A stretch of DNA of 64,000 bases, taken from an uncultured delta proteobacterium (lineage in GTDB: Bacteria; Myxococcota; Myxococcia; Myxococcales; Myxococcaceae). The notes under the pieces are model-generated. The model was not told the DNA's origin and searched no databases. It saw nothing but the letters and a program-made list of their open reading frames with translations. Both the position numbers and the translations under genes were made by a program. This document shows positions 1-10,700 of this stretch, piece by piece (position 1 is the first letter of the stretch; every line of letters starts with the position of its first letter). The stretch spans positions 64,001-128,000 of the forward strand of contig CAVYSY010000031.1 of assembly GCA_963771175.1 (NCBI GenBank), given 5' to 3'.

Positions 1-2
1 GC

Positions 3-968
3 GCCGCGTTCGCCTCCGAGGGCCTCTTCTATCCCTTCCTCGTCGGCAACGACATCGGCTGTGGGATGGGGCTGTGGGACCTGGACCTGCCGGCGCGCAA
101 GGCGAAGCCGGAGCGCTGGGCGGCGCGGCTGGACCTGGATGGACCGTGGGAGGGCGACACGGACGCGGCGCTCGCCGAGCTGGGCGTGAGGCCCTGCGGC
201 TTCGAGGCGGCGCTCGGCACGGTGGGCGGCGGCAACCACTTCGCCGAGGTGCAGCGGGTGGACACGGTCCACGACGCGAAGGCCTTCACCGCGCTGGGGC
301 TGGGGGTGGAGCGACTCCTGCTGCTCGTCCACTCCGGCTCCCGGGGACTGGGGGAGGCCATCCTGCGAGCCCACGTGGACCGGCACGGCACCGGCGGACT
401 CACGGAGGACTCGGGCGAGGCGCGGACCTACCTCACGCGGCATGACCACGCCGTGGCCTGGGCGAGTGCCAATCGCGCCACCATCGCCGGGCGCATGATG
501 CAGGGCATCGGCGCCGCGGGGCGGCGGGTGCTCGACGTCTGCCACAACAGCGTCACCCCGAAGGACCTCGACGGGCACACCTGCTGGCTGCATCGCAAGG
601 GCGCGGCGCCCTCGGACCAGGGGCCGGTGGTGATTCCCGGCAGCCGCGGCGCGCTGAGCTATCTGGTGCTGCCGCTGGGCGACGGCACGAACCACGCCCA
701 CAGCCTCGCGCACGGAGCCGGCCGCAAGTGGACCCGCACCAGCGCCCGCGAGCGGATGCGCGAGCGCTTCACCCCCGAGGCCCTCACCCGCACCTCCTTC
801 AAGAGTCACGTCATCTGCGAGGATCGCGACCTGCTCTTCGAGGAGGCGCCTCCCGCGTACAAGGCCATCGATCGCGTGGTGCAGGACCTGGTGGACGCCG
901 GGCTCGTCCGGGTGGTGGCGACGCTCGCCCCCGTACTCACCTACAAGACGCGCGCCCGGCGAGAGTGA
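3..968 (+). CDS. rtcB: RtcB-family RNA ligase, PrfH-coupled (RtcB2) type; 5' end outside window
   Basis: Motifs GNDIGCGM, LGTVGGGNHFAE, VHSGSRGLG, HRKGAAP, SLAHGAGRKW, EEAPPAYK. Confidence 0.9.
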   Translation, partial: AAFASEGLFYPFLVGNDIGCGMGLWDLDLPARKAKPERWAARLDLDGPWEGDTDAALAELGVRPCGFEAALGTVGGGNHFAEVQRVDTVHDAKAFTALGLGVERLLLLVHSGSRGLGEAILRAHVDRHGTGGLTEDSGEARTYLTRHDHAVAWASANRATIAGRMMQGIGAAGRRVLDVCHNSVTPKDLDGHTCWLHRKGAAPSDQGPVVIPGSRGALSYLVLPLGDGTNHAHSLAHGAGRKWTRTSARERMRERFTPEALTRTSFKSHVICEDRDLLFEEAPPAYKAIDRVVQDLVDAGLVRVVATLAPVLTYKTRARRE

Positions 969-1028
969 ATCCCCTCCAGCCGAGCAACCTTCCTCCCCTC
1001 CTCCCGTGGGAACCCTTAGGTTTCCCGC

Positions 1029-2576
1029 ATGAAGCCCGCGCACAAGGTCCTGCTCTGCATCCTCGATGGCTGGGGCATCCGCCCGGCGAGCGATGACAAC
1101 GCCATCACCCTCGCTGGCACTCCCCACCTCGACAAGCTGACGAACGACATGCCCCACACGGAGCTGCAGACGTCCGGACTGGCCGTCGGTGCTCCCCGAG
1201 GGGCAGATGGGCAACTCCGAGGTGGGCCACACCAACATCGGCGCCGGCCGCATCGTCTACCAGGACCTGGTGCGCATCAACCGGGCCTGTCGAGTCCGGC
1301 GAGCTCGCCTCCAATCCCGTCATCCGCGCCGCGCTCGACAAGGCCAAGACGGACGGCAAGTCCTTCCACCTGCTCGGGCTGGTGTCTCCCGGCGGCGTGC
1401 ACTCGTCGATGGACCACCTCTACTGCCTGCCTCGAGGCGGCGCACGCAGCGAGGGCGTGCCCCACGTCTACGTCCACGCCTTCACCGATGGGCGCGACAC
1501 CCCACCCCAGAGCGGGCTCGGCTACGTGGAGGAGTTGGAGAAGTTCCTCGGCGAGACGCACACCGGGCAGATCGCCACCGTGGGCGGGCGCTACTACGGC
1601 ATGGACCGCGACAAGCGATGGGACCGGGTGCAGCTCGCCTACGAGGCCATCGTCCACGGCCAGGGCCCCAAGGCCCCCGATGCGCTCTCCGCCATCCGCG
1701 CCTCGTACGCGGAGAAGGTGACGGACGAGTTCATCAAGCCCACCGTCATCGTCCCACGGCGACGGCACGCCCGTGGGCCGCATCCGCGACGGCGACGTGG
1801 TGATGTTCTTCAACTTCCGCGCGGACCGCGCCCGCGAGCTGACGCGCGCGCTCGCCCTGGACGACTTCAAGGAGTTCGACCGCGGCGGCCTGCACGTGGG
1901 CCTCTACGTGTGCATGACCCAGTACGACGAGACCTTCAAGCTGCCGGTGGCCTTCGCGCCCGACCAGCCGCGCGAAATCTTCCCCGAGGCCATCGCCCAC
2001 GCCGGCTGGCGGCAGTTCCGCACCGCCGAGACGGAGAAGTACGCGCACGTCACCTTCTTCTTCAACGGGGGCCGCGAGGTGGTGTACCCCGGCGAGGACC
2101 GGCACCTCGTCCCCTCACCGCGCGACGTGAAGACGTACGACCTCAAGCCGGAGATGAGCGCGCGCGAGGTGACGCAGGAGCTGGTGCGACGCATCGACTC
2201 GGGGGCCTACGACTTCGCGCTGGTGAACTTCGCCAACCCGGACATGGTGGGCCACACCGGCCTGCTGGAGCCGGCGATGAAGGCCGTCACCACGGTGGAC
2301 GAGTGCCTCGGACTCCTGGGCCAGGCGTGTGCCCGGAACGGCTGGGCGATGGCCATCTCGGCGGACCACGGCAACTGCGAGCAGATGCGGGACCCGGAGA
2401 CCGGGGCGCCCCATACCGCGCACACGCTCAACCCGGTGCCCTTCTACCTCATCCACCCGGACTTCCGAGGGCAGAAGCTGCGCCCCGGAATCCTGGCGGA
2501 CATCGCCCCCACGCTGCTCCAGGTGATGGGGCTCCCCAAGCCGTCCGAGATGAACCGGCTCGGCTTGTTCGGGTAG
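1029..2576 (+). CDS. gpmI: 2,3-bisphosphoglycerate-independent phosphoglycerate mutase (frameshifted near 1190, 1290, 1430, 1755)
   Basis: Motifs across frames: [76 protein letters not shown]. Confidence 0.93.
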
Positions 2577-2589
2577 CGCGGGGCGGGCT

Positions 2590-2970
2590 CTACGGGGTGC
2601 AGACGACCGTCCCGTCCTGCACCGTGCAGCCCTTGCAGGTGAGGGTCGTCCAGGTGCCGCCCGTGCAGCGGAGCGCCTCGTCCGGGCTGGCCACCGCACA
2701 CTGGACCTTCTCCTCGGCCACGCCCGGGCAGGCATCCCCCGCCTGGGCCTTGCTGAAGTCGCAGACGATGTTGCCGTTGCTCCGGCCGCAGCCGGACGGA
2801 CCGCTGCAGGGGATGGCGCGGAGCTTGCCGCCCTCGCACCACAGGGCCTCCGTGCTGCTGCTACAGGTGGCGGTGTTGTCCGGGGAGCAGGACTCGCCGG
2901 CCTCCACGTTCCCGCAGGCGGAGAGGCACAGGGACAGACCTAGGACGGCCAGGGAGAGGAGCTGCTTCAT
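2590..2970 (-). CDS. Cys-rich lipoprotein with two repeated modules
   Basis: MKQLLSLAVLGLSLCLSAC lipobox, then two related modules (AGESC...ALWCEGG...C and AGDAC...ALRCTGG...C). Confidence 0.75.
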   Translation of the reverse strand: MKQLLSLAVLGLSLCLSACGNVEAGESCSPDNTATCSSSTEALWCEGGKLRAIPCSGPSGCGRSNGNIVCDFSKAQAGDACPGVAEEKVQCAVASPDEALRCTGGTWTTLTCKGCTVQDGTVVCTP

Positions 2971-3189
2971 CAAGGGTGGACTCCGAGAGGAGGAGGAGGG
3001 GACAGTCTCATACGGCGGGGAGTGCTCGGCATCGCTGTACCTCACGCCCACGCCCGCCAGCCCTGCCTGCGTACGCTCCACCCGTCGTCCCCCGCATGGG
3101 CAGGACCGCCGACGCGGGGGCGCTTCCTGGCCTCCGGACCAATGCCCACTCTTTGTCCAAGACCCTGCTCGAGGGGAACGACGGAGGGA

Positions 3190-3366
3190 ATGGACATGTC
3201 AGGAGTTCGTGGAAAAAAGGCCAGGAAGATGCAGAGAAAGGCATCCACGGCAACGGGACGCACTCGCAAGGGACGCAACAAGGTCCCCAAGATCTCGCGG
3301 GAGGACAAGAAGAAGGGCAGCGAGCACCGCAATCCCGTGATGCCCGAGCCCGGCGGCAATCGCTGA
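3190..3366 (+). CDS. small Lys/Arg-rich hypothetical protein
   Basis: GGAGGG upstream of ATG 3190/3196; MSGVRGKKARKMQRKASTATGRTRKGRNKVPKISREDKKKG. Confidence 0.5.
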   Translation: MDMSGVRGKKARKMQRKASTATGRTRKGRNKVPKISREDKKKGSEHRNPVMPEPGGNR

Positions 3367-3418
3367 GCCGGATGCAGGCGCGCTCCCGGTGGGGTATCCC
3401 CCCCTGGAGCGAGCCCGC

Positions 3419-4728
3419 TCACTTCGTCGGGCCCACCGGATTGGCGGCGACACCCGGGCGGAAGTTGAGCGCCCTCGTGGGGTCGTCCTTCACCAGGTGG
3501 TAGAACTCCTCGCGGAAGCGCTCCGGCGTGAGATGGGCGACCGCGCAGAACTGGGCCATCGTCTCCGGATTCTCGAAGTCCTCCCGCCTGAGCCGGAGCA
3601 TGAACGAGCGGGCAATCCGGTAGCGATCCGAGTCGATATCCACCATCCGCACCCGGGGCCGCCCGGTGGCCGGGTCCTTCATGTCCTGGAACGAGAATGG
3701 GATGGAACCGCCCGTTGACCATGGAGACCACTGCCTCGGACCCCCCATCGAGGATGTACCGGGCCGCGCAGTAACCGAGATCGCGCGTGTACTCCATGTC
3801 GAAGGGAATGGGATCCGCGCAGCGCACCTCGTACCCGATGGACTTGGGGATGAGGGTGGCCTTGATTCCCAGGCCGGCCAACCGCTCCTCCACGCCCTTC
3901 ACGAGGACCTCCCCCAAGTTGATCTGCGCCACATGGATGTTCCCCATGTGGTCTCGCGGGAGGTCCGTGTGCCGGGCCAGATCCTCGGGGTCGATACAGT
4001 CGGCGAGCCCCTCGGCGAGCAGGGCGATTCCATCCTGGCGGCCGTAGGACAGCCGCTTGATGACCGAGCCGGCGAGGATGTCGATCACCGTGGAGAACGG
4101 GACGGGGCAACCCTGGTGGAACTCCTCGGGGATGACACTGATGGTCGCCCCCACCGCCTTGCCGATCGACAGGGCGAGGTGCCCCGCCTTGCGTCCCTGG
4201 GCGACGACGAAGTACCAGCGCGAGGTGGTCTTCGCGTCGACCATGAGGTTCTTGACGATCTCCACCCCCACGTGGCGCGCGGTCTGGAACCCGAAGGTGC
4301 TCACGTCGAGGGGCAGGTCGATGTCGTTGTCGATCGTCTTGGGGACGTGAATGACCCGGACCTTCCCCCGCGTCTTCTCCGAGACTGATTTGAGCGAGGG
4401 TGGCGGTGCCGTCGCCTCCGATGGTGATGAGCATGCCCACGTCGAGCCGCTCGAGCGCATCGAGCGTCCGCTGGAGGTGCTCGGGGGTGCGGGTCGGGTT
4501 GGCCCGGGAGATGCCGATGTACGAGCCACCCCGGAAGTGGATGCGGCTGGTGTCGGCGATGGTGAGGGGGACGACGTGGGAGAGGTCTCCCTCGGCGAGC
4601 CACTTGAAGCCGTCCTGGATGCCGAGGACCTGCACTCCATCGAGGCAGGCCCGGATGGTGGCCGCTGCGATGACGCTGTTGATGCCCGGGGCGGGCCCCC
4701 CGGCGACGACGATGGCGAGCTTCTTCAT
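3419..4728 (-). CDS. pfkA: PfkA-superfamily 6-phosphofructokinase (frameshifted near 4385 and 3690)
   Basis: GGPAPGINSVI, IGGDGT, VPKTIDND, GRKAGHLA, IPEE, IGYEVRC motifs. Confidence 0.88.
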
Positions 4729-4921
4729 GGGTCTCTGTCCACTGGTGAGGTGACCTGCGCTCGGCAGGTGGCGTCGTGCTCCGCTCTCTGCCCGGAGTTT
4801 CACCCGGAGGGCCGGCGAAGCTCAGGAAAAAAAGCAGGTTCCCTACCTGGGAGTGCTTGGTGAGGGACGCCCCTCCCGTGCCATCGTCCCCGCCCGCCGT
4901 ACCCGAGGGGGACTCCACTCC

Positions 4922-5619
4922 GTGCTCCAAGCGCTGCTCGAGCTGCTCTACCCGCCCGCGTGCATCGCCTGCGCGAAGGTGATGCCCGTGCGCACCGCCT
5001 TCTGTGAGACGTGCGATGTCGCCGTGGAGCGACTGCCGCCCGCGCGCTGCCGCACCTGCGCCGAGCCCGGCACCTTCCCCCGCGACACCTGCCCGCGCTG
5101 CCGCCTCTCGCCCCCGCCCTTCTCCCGCGCCTGGGCCCCCTTCGCCCATGAGGGCCCCGTCGCCCGCGCCGTCCACCGCTTCAAGTACGAGGACCACCCG
5201 GAGGGCTCGCCCCCGCCCTCGCCGAGATGCTCGCCTCCGAGTGCCGCCAGTTCCTCTCCCAGGCCCCCGCCCTCCTCCTCGCCCTGCCCCTCCATGACCG
5301 GCGCTTCCGCGAGCGCAAATACGACCAGGCGCAGCTCCTCGCGAGCGAGCTGGCCCGAGCCACTGGTCGCGAGGCCCCGGTGGGACTCCTCACCCGCGCC
5401 CGGGAGACCCGTCGCCAGGTGGGCCTCTCCGAGTCCGAGCGGGCCCACAACGTCGCGGGCGCCTTCACCGCCTCCCCCTCGGCGGCCGGCCAGGAGTTCC
5501 TCCTCGTGGACGACGTGCTCACCACTGGCGCCACCGTCCGCGCCGCCGCCACGGCGCTCCGGGACGCCGGTGCCACCCGTGTCGAGGTCCTCACCCTCGC
5601 CCGGGCCTTTTCTCTATGA
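4922..5619 (+). CDS. comF: ComF family protein (double zinc ribbon plus PRTase; frameshift near 5203)
   Basis: LLYPPACIAC and further CxxC pairs; FKYE; LLVDDVLTTGAT. Confidence 0.88.
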
Positions 5620-5697
5620 GCCTCGCCCCTCATCTCCGCATCAGCGTGGGAGTGGACCTGATTCCGTGGAGGGTTCTCGGATTTCGACCTCGACTTC

Positions 5698-6159
5698 CTA
5701 TTGCAGGCGTACTTTCAGGCGCTCCACGATGCCACTGGGCCGCCCCATGAAGGTGTCGAGCAGGCGTTCCTCGACATGGTGCTCGTCCCAAACAGCCATT
5801 CGCTCGAGCCCGACACACTCCTGGGGCTCGGCACTTCTCGAATTGCCGACGGTGTCGAAGATCGTGCAGCGACGGAAGTCTCCCACGTCCTGTCTGAATT
5901 GGACAATGGGTTGAGCCAGGGACTCCTCAATCTTTCTCCGTCCAATGACCTCCCACGAGCTCGGCTCCAAATGGCGGACAGCAATCTTGAAAATGATTGA
6001 CTTGGATGCGATCCGGTCAAGGTCCGAGTCAGGGCTTTCGGTCCTGTACTCGTAGAAGGCATCAAACACTGGCGTAAGCGCCCTCCCATAACCGAAAGTG
6101 CCGTCGGCGAGGGGAATCCTCAAAAAGGACCCCGATCTATGTATGCGCACTTTCTTCAT
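5698..6159 (-). CDS. Imm26-like immunity protein
   Basis: GSFLRIPLADGTFGYGR N-terminus and GLERMAVW...HVEERL C-terminus; directly downstream of a toxin ORF; lower GC. Confidence 0.75.
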   Translation of the reverse strand: MKKVRIHRSGSFLRIPLADGTFGYGRALTPVFDAFYEYRTESPDSDLDRIASKSIIFKIAVRHLEPSSWEVIGRRKIEESLAQPIVQFRQDVGDFRRCTIFDTVGNSRSAEPQECVGLERMAVWDEHHVEERLLDTFMGRPSGIVERLKVRLQ

Positions 6160-6162
6160 TTC

Positions 6163-7260
6163 CTAATATCCCGTGTAAGAATGAAATTGACCCCAGCGCT
6201 CCGTGGCTGCGTCGTGAAACCGCCTGCCCCACGGATTGTCTTTCGCCACACCGCGCACGACATTCTCGGTCCGATATGGCTTTCCAGTGTCGGACTGGGC
6301 GCCCCCACGGGAATCAATCAACTGCTGCTCTCTTCCGCGGATCCGCCAATATGCGGCGTCGTCATATCTGCGGCCATAGTCAACGGCGGCCCCGACATCG
6401 AATCTATCAACCGTCGGGGGGTCGACCCCAGCATCCTTCGGCTCGTCGTTCTCGTCAATGTGATGGTTCATAGATCGAAGAATAACGGCCAGATACGCCT
6501 GAACGTCGAGAGACTTGGTGAGATCGACGACCATGCTGGTTCGCCCCGAGTAGTAGCGGTTGGTATTCCCATTGAGCCTCGTGTAGGTCACATATATGCG
6601 CCCCCGCCTTGTTTTGTCATTCTTGTCTGGTTCTGATTTTGGCGATGCGCCGGGAGGAGCGAGCGGGGCGGACGTCGGTCCCGTTTGGGCCTGGGAAGCC
6701 CTTGTTCCTGCGCCTTTGGGTGCATTGGGTGGATATTGACCTTGGACCCACCCAGACACATCGCCGAAGTGAGTGCCGTAAAACTCGTCCGCGATGTCGA
6801 TCGGGGTCTCCGACCCATCCACGGCCGCCTCGACGGTCAAGCAGAGCAAGAGCACACTACCGGCTGCCGCAACAACCGCGCCTCCAGTGACGACGAGCTC
6901 TTCCGCCGCACCACCGGCCCCTACTTCTCCCGCGGTCGTGCCGCCTTCTGGCACGAGCCGGAGCACGCCGCGTGGTATGCCATTACCCAACCCCTCGCCA
7001 GAGAGCCCCTCCAACGGAGGTGACGAGGGTGGAGTCAGCGGCACCGCTGGCGAAGCCGCCCCCAGCGTTGCCGCCACGGGCACTACTTCCACGCCAGCGC
7101 GAGCTGCATGAAACGCCTCATTCGGTGCCCCCGACGCAACGTAACGGCGCGGGACATAAACGCAGCGCTCTTGCTGACCCGTGGCGTGACGGACGCTTTG
7201 GGCAGCGCCGCTACACCCCACCAGAAACATGCAGAGCAGCACAGCCCACCCGCGTGACAT
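6163..7260 (-). CDS. lipoprotein polymorphic toxin (SitA-like) with putative URI/GIY-YIG-like nuclease C-terminus
   Basis: Lipobox LVGC; hydrophobic Ala/Gly-rich linker; C-terminal IYVTYT...YYSGRTS...RGREQQLI; immunity gene follows. Confidence 0.65.
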   Translation of the reverse strand: MSRGWAVLLCMFLVGCSGAAQSVRHATGQQERCVYVPRRYVASGAPNEAFHAARAGVEVVPVAATLGAASPAVPLTPPSSPPLEGLSGEGLGNGIPRGVLRLVPEGGTTAGEVGAGGAAEELVVTGGAVVAAAGSVLLLCLTVEAAVDGSETPIDIADEFYGTHFGDVSGWVQGQYPPNAPKGAGTRASQAQTGPTSAPLAPPGASPKSEPDKNDKTRRGRIYVTYTRLNGNTNRYYSGRTSMVVDLTKSLDVQAYLAVILRSMNHHIDENDEPKDAGVDPPTVDRFDVGAAVDYGRRYDDAAYWRIRGREQQLIDSRGGAQSDTGKPYRTENVVRGVAKDNPWGRRFHDAATERWGQFHSYTGY

Positions 7261-7493
7261 GCAGCGCCTCCTGGCGTTGCCTCCATCCTCAAACAGCTCG
7301 ATTCGAAGTTACAGGTAGGCCGTGTGTTCATGCCAACACGGTCCGCGTGTAGACGTCCGGGTAGATGGCTCCCTCAAGCGGGGGCGGAGCCGGGGCCGGC
7401 AGAGGCGAGCCCGCCGCCTTTGGCAGCGACAAGAGCCGAGGCGTGAATCAGGCAGCCGTGCCGCGCATTTCAAAACGCGGGCTCCGGCGCGTT

Positions 7494-7556
7494 TCCGTGG
7501 TAGACGTCTACCACGGATGTAGGCAATTCAACCACATCCATGGTAGACGTCTACCA
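7494..7556. repeat. two copies of the palindrome TGGTAGACGTCTACCA
   Basis: Perfect 24-bp palindrome TCCGTGGTAGACGTCTACCACGGA at 7494-7517 and a 16-bp copy at 7541-7556; spacer contains GGATGT...ACATCC inverted repeat. Confidence 0.9.
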
Positions 7557-7766
7557 CGCAAGCCGGCTCGGGGCCGTATGGAGGAAATCGGCTCGATGCC
7601 GTCCGGGAGGCGGGCCGGCCTGTGCCTCCTCCCTCGCCGGGTTGCCGACATTTCAGTTGATTGTCCGCCCACGACGTCGCATGCAGGGGAAGGCTCTCCG
7701 AAGCTCGGCTGTTCTCTGGCGCCGGCTCTCACCCCCGGCCCCCTTTCCGACGGACGAGGAACACGG

Positions 7767-10700
7767 ATGTCCCGTACCCCACGGCTCGCCGCGCTCTCGC
7801 GCACCACCTGGCTCGTCGCCCTGCTCACGCTCGCCTGCCCGCTGCTGACGCGCGCCGCCACCGAGAGCAGCGCCACGGCTGCCCGGGAACAGGCCGAGGA
7901 GGCCCTGAAGCTCGCCTCCTCGCCACGCGGGGCGGCCCAGCTCATCCGCCTGCATGCCTTCAAGGAGGACCTCGAGGACCTCACCCCGCTGGTGAGGGTC
8001 TACTCCGATGTGTCCACCCGACGCAGCTCGGACCCCCACACCCGCGCCACCGCCTCGTTGCTGCTGCTGGACCTGGAGCGCGCCCGCGGCCGGCTGAACC
8101 GCGCCGCCGAAGTGCAGGACGCGCTCGGCTTCATCGGCGACTACTACGTCGTCGGCGGCTTCGACAACGAGGGCAAGTCCGGCTGTGACACGAACTTCGG
8201 CCCCGAGGCGGCCGCGCTGGACCTCTCCGCCACCTACGCCGGTGCCAAGGGCCGCGAGGTGTCCTGGCGCAAGCTCTCCGTCAGCCCCGTGGACGGCTAC
8301 GTGGACCTGGGCGCCGCGCTGCGCCCCAACCGCGAGGCCGTGGCCTACGCCCTCACCTGGCTGGAGGCTCCGGCCGAGACGCGCGTGGCGCTCGGCGTGG
8401 GCACCTCCGGCGCCTTCCGCCTCTGGGTGAATGGCGAGAAGGTGGCCACCAGCGACAACTACAACGCGCCCCGCCCGGACCAGTCGCGCGTCTCCGTGCG
8501 CCTGCGCAAGGGCCTCAACCGCGTCCTCGTCAAGGTGTGCCAGGAGTCGGGCCCGCTCGGCTTCTACCTGCGCCGCGACCCGCCCGCCCGCATCCGCGCC
8601 ACCCTCCCCTCTCCCCTCCCCGCCCTCACCAAGGGCCCCTCCGCCGCGCCCCAGGCCCTGCCCACCCTCACCTCCGCCCTCAAGGACGCGGTGGCCAAGG
8701 CCCCCGAGGACGCGAAGCTGCGCGGCGAGTACGCCACGGTGCTCGACTTCTTCCGCGCCTATGACGAGCGCGAGCACACCGCCACCGTCGAGGCCGACCG
8801 CGCCGCCCGCGCCGCCCCGCAGGACGTGAAGCTGCAACTGCTGGCCGCCGAGGCCCACCGCGACGACCTCAACCTGCGCCGCCGCTTCCTCGAGGCCGCC
8901 GTGCGCGCGGACCCCGCCTCCATCCCCGCCCGCGTGGCGCTCGCCGAGCACGAGCTGAGCCGCGACCACCCCGAGCGCGCCGTGGAGCTGCTCAAGCCCG
9001 CGGTGGAGCTGGCCCCGGACTCGGCCGCCGCCCGCCTCGCGCTGGCGCGCGCCTACGAGGCGCTCGGACAGGTCTCCCGCGCGCACGTGATGGTGGACGA
9101 GACGCTCCAGCGGCTGCCGCGCGTGCCCCGCGTGGTGCGCGCCGCCGCCAGCTCCGCCCGGGTCATGGACCGCTCGCAGGACGCGGTGGCCCGGCTGCGC
9201 GTGGCCCTGGCGCTGCGCCATGACGACCGCTCCAGCCGCGCCGTGCTGGCCATGCTGCTGGCGGACCTGGGTCAGGTGGAGGCCGCCGCGCGCGAGTACG
9301 CGCAGCTGCTCACCCTGGACCCCTTCGACAACGCCACCCGCGTCAAGCTCGCGGAGCTGCGCGCCGCCAACGGCCAGCCCGACGCCGCCACCGCCCTGTT
9401 CGCCGAGGCCCGCGCCCTCTCCCCGGACGAGCCCGAGGTGTACGAGCGCGAGGGCCGTGCCCTGCTCGCCGCCGGCCGCCGCGAGGAGGCCCTGGCTTCC
9501 TTCGAGCGCTCGCTGGCGCTGCGCCCGCAGAACCCCTCCCTCAAGGAGGCCGTGCGCACCCTCAAGGGCGAGTCCGCCAGCGCGGGCACCCAGTACTTCG
9601 CGGACGCGAAGGCCGTCGCGAGCGAGGCCGAGGGCTACACCAACGAGGACGCCGTCTACCTCGTGGACACCACCTACGTGCGCGTGCAGAAGAGCGGCCT
9701 GTCCAGCCGGCTGCACCAGTTCGCCGTGAAGGTGCTCAACGCCCGCGGCGTGGAGGCCTTCCGCTCCCACCCCATCACCTACTCGCCGGATCGCCAGGAG
9801 GTGAAGATGCTCCGCGCCCGCATCACCAAGGCGGACGGCTCCGTGGTGGAGGGCTACGGCGAGAGCGACCGCAACATCAACGAGCCGTGGACGGGCATGT
9901 ACTACGACGCCCGCGCCAAGGTGCTCTCCTTCCCCGCGCTCGCCGCCGGGGACGTGCTGGAGCTGCAGTACCGCGTGGACGACACCGCCCAGGAGAACCT
10001 GCTGTCCGACTACTGGGGCGACGTGGAGAGCGTCCAGGGCGTCTACCCGAAGGTGCGCTACCAGTTCCTGGTGGACATGCCCAAGGAGCGGCCCCTCTAC
10101 TGGAACGAGAAGAAGCTGCCCGGCGTGGCGCACGCCCGCGAGGACGTGGACGGCGGTCGCGTCCTCTACCGCTGGAGCGCGAAGCACGTGGCCAAGGTGG
10201 TGCCGGAGCCCGGCATGCCCGGCTGGGCCGAGGTGGCCGCCAACCTCCACGTCTCCACCTACCGCACCTGGGACGAGGTGGGCCGCTACTGGTGGGGCCT
10301 CGTGCGCGACCAGCTCACGCCCAACGAGGAGCTGCGCAGCACGGTGGACACCGTGCTGCAGGGAGTGGATCGCAAGGACCAGCAGGCGGTGGTGCGCGCC
10401 ATCTACAACTTCGTGGTGACGAACACGCGCTACGTGGCGCTGGAGTTCGGCATCCACGGCTACAAGCCCTACCGGGTGGACCGGGTGCTGTCGCGCCGCT
10501 TCGGCGACTGCAAGGACAAGGCGAGCCTCATCCACGCCATGCTGAAGGTGGCGGGCGTGGACAGCCGCCTGGTGCTGCTGCGCATGCGCAACCTGGGCTC
10601 CATCGGCGAGGAGCCGGCGAGCCTGGCGGCCTTCAACCACGCCATCGTCTACGTGCCCCAGTTCGACCTGTACCTGGACGGCACCGCCGAGTTCCACGGC

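Noticed and set aside
7494..7556. Mini CRISPR array
   Set aside because: Only two 16-bp units, shorter than CRISPR repeats, and no cas genes in the window
7628..7641. Possible comF 3'-end relic after the first toxin cassette
   Set aside because: Short, gapped, low-complexity GC match; not distinguishable from chance
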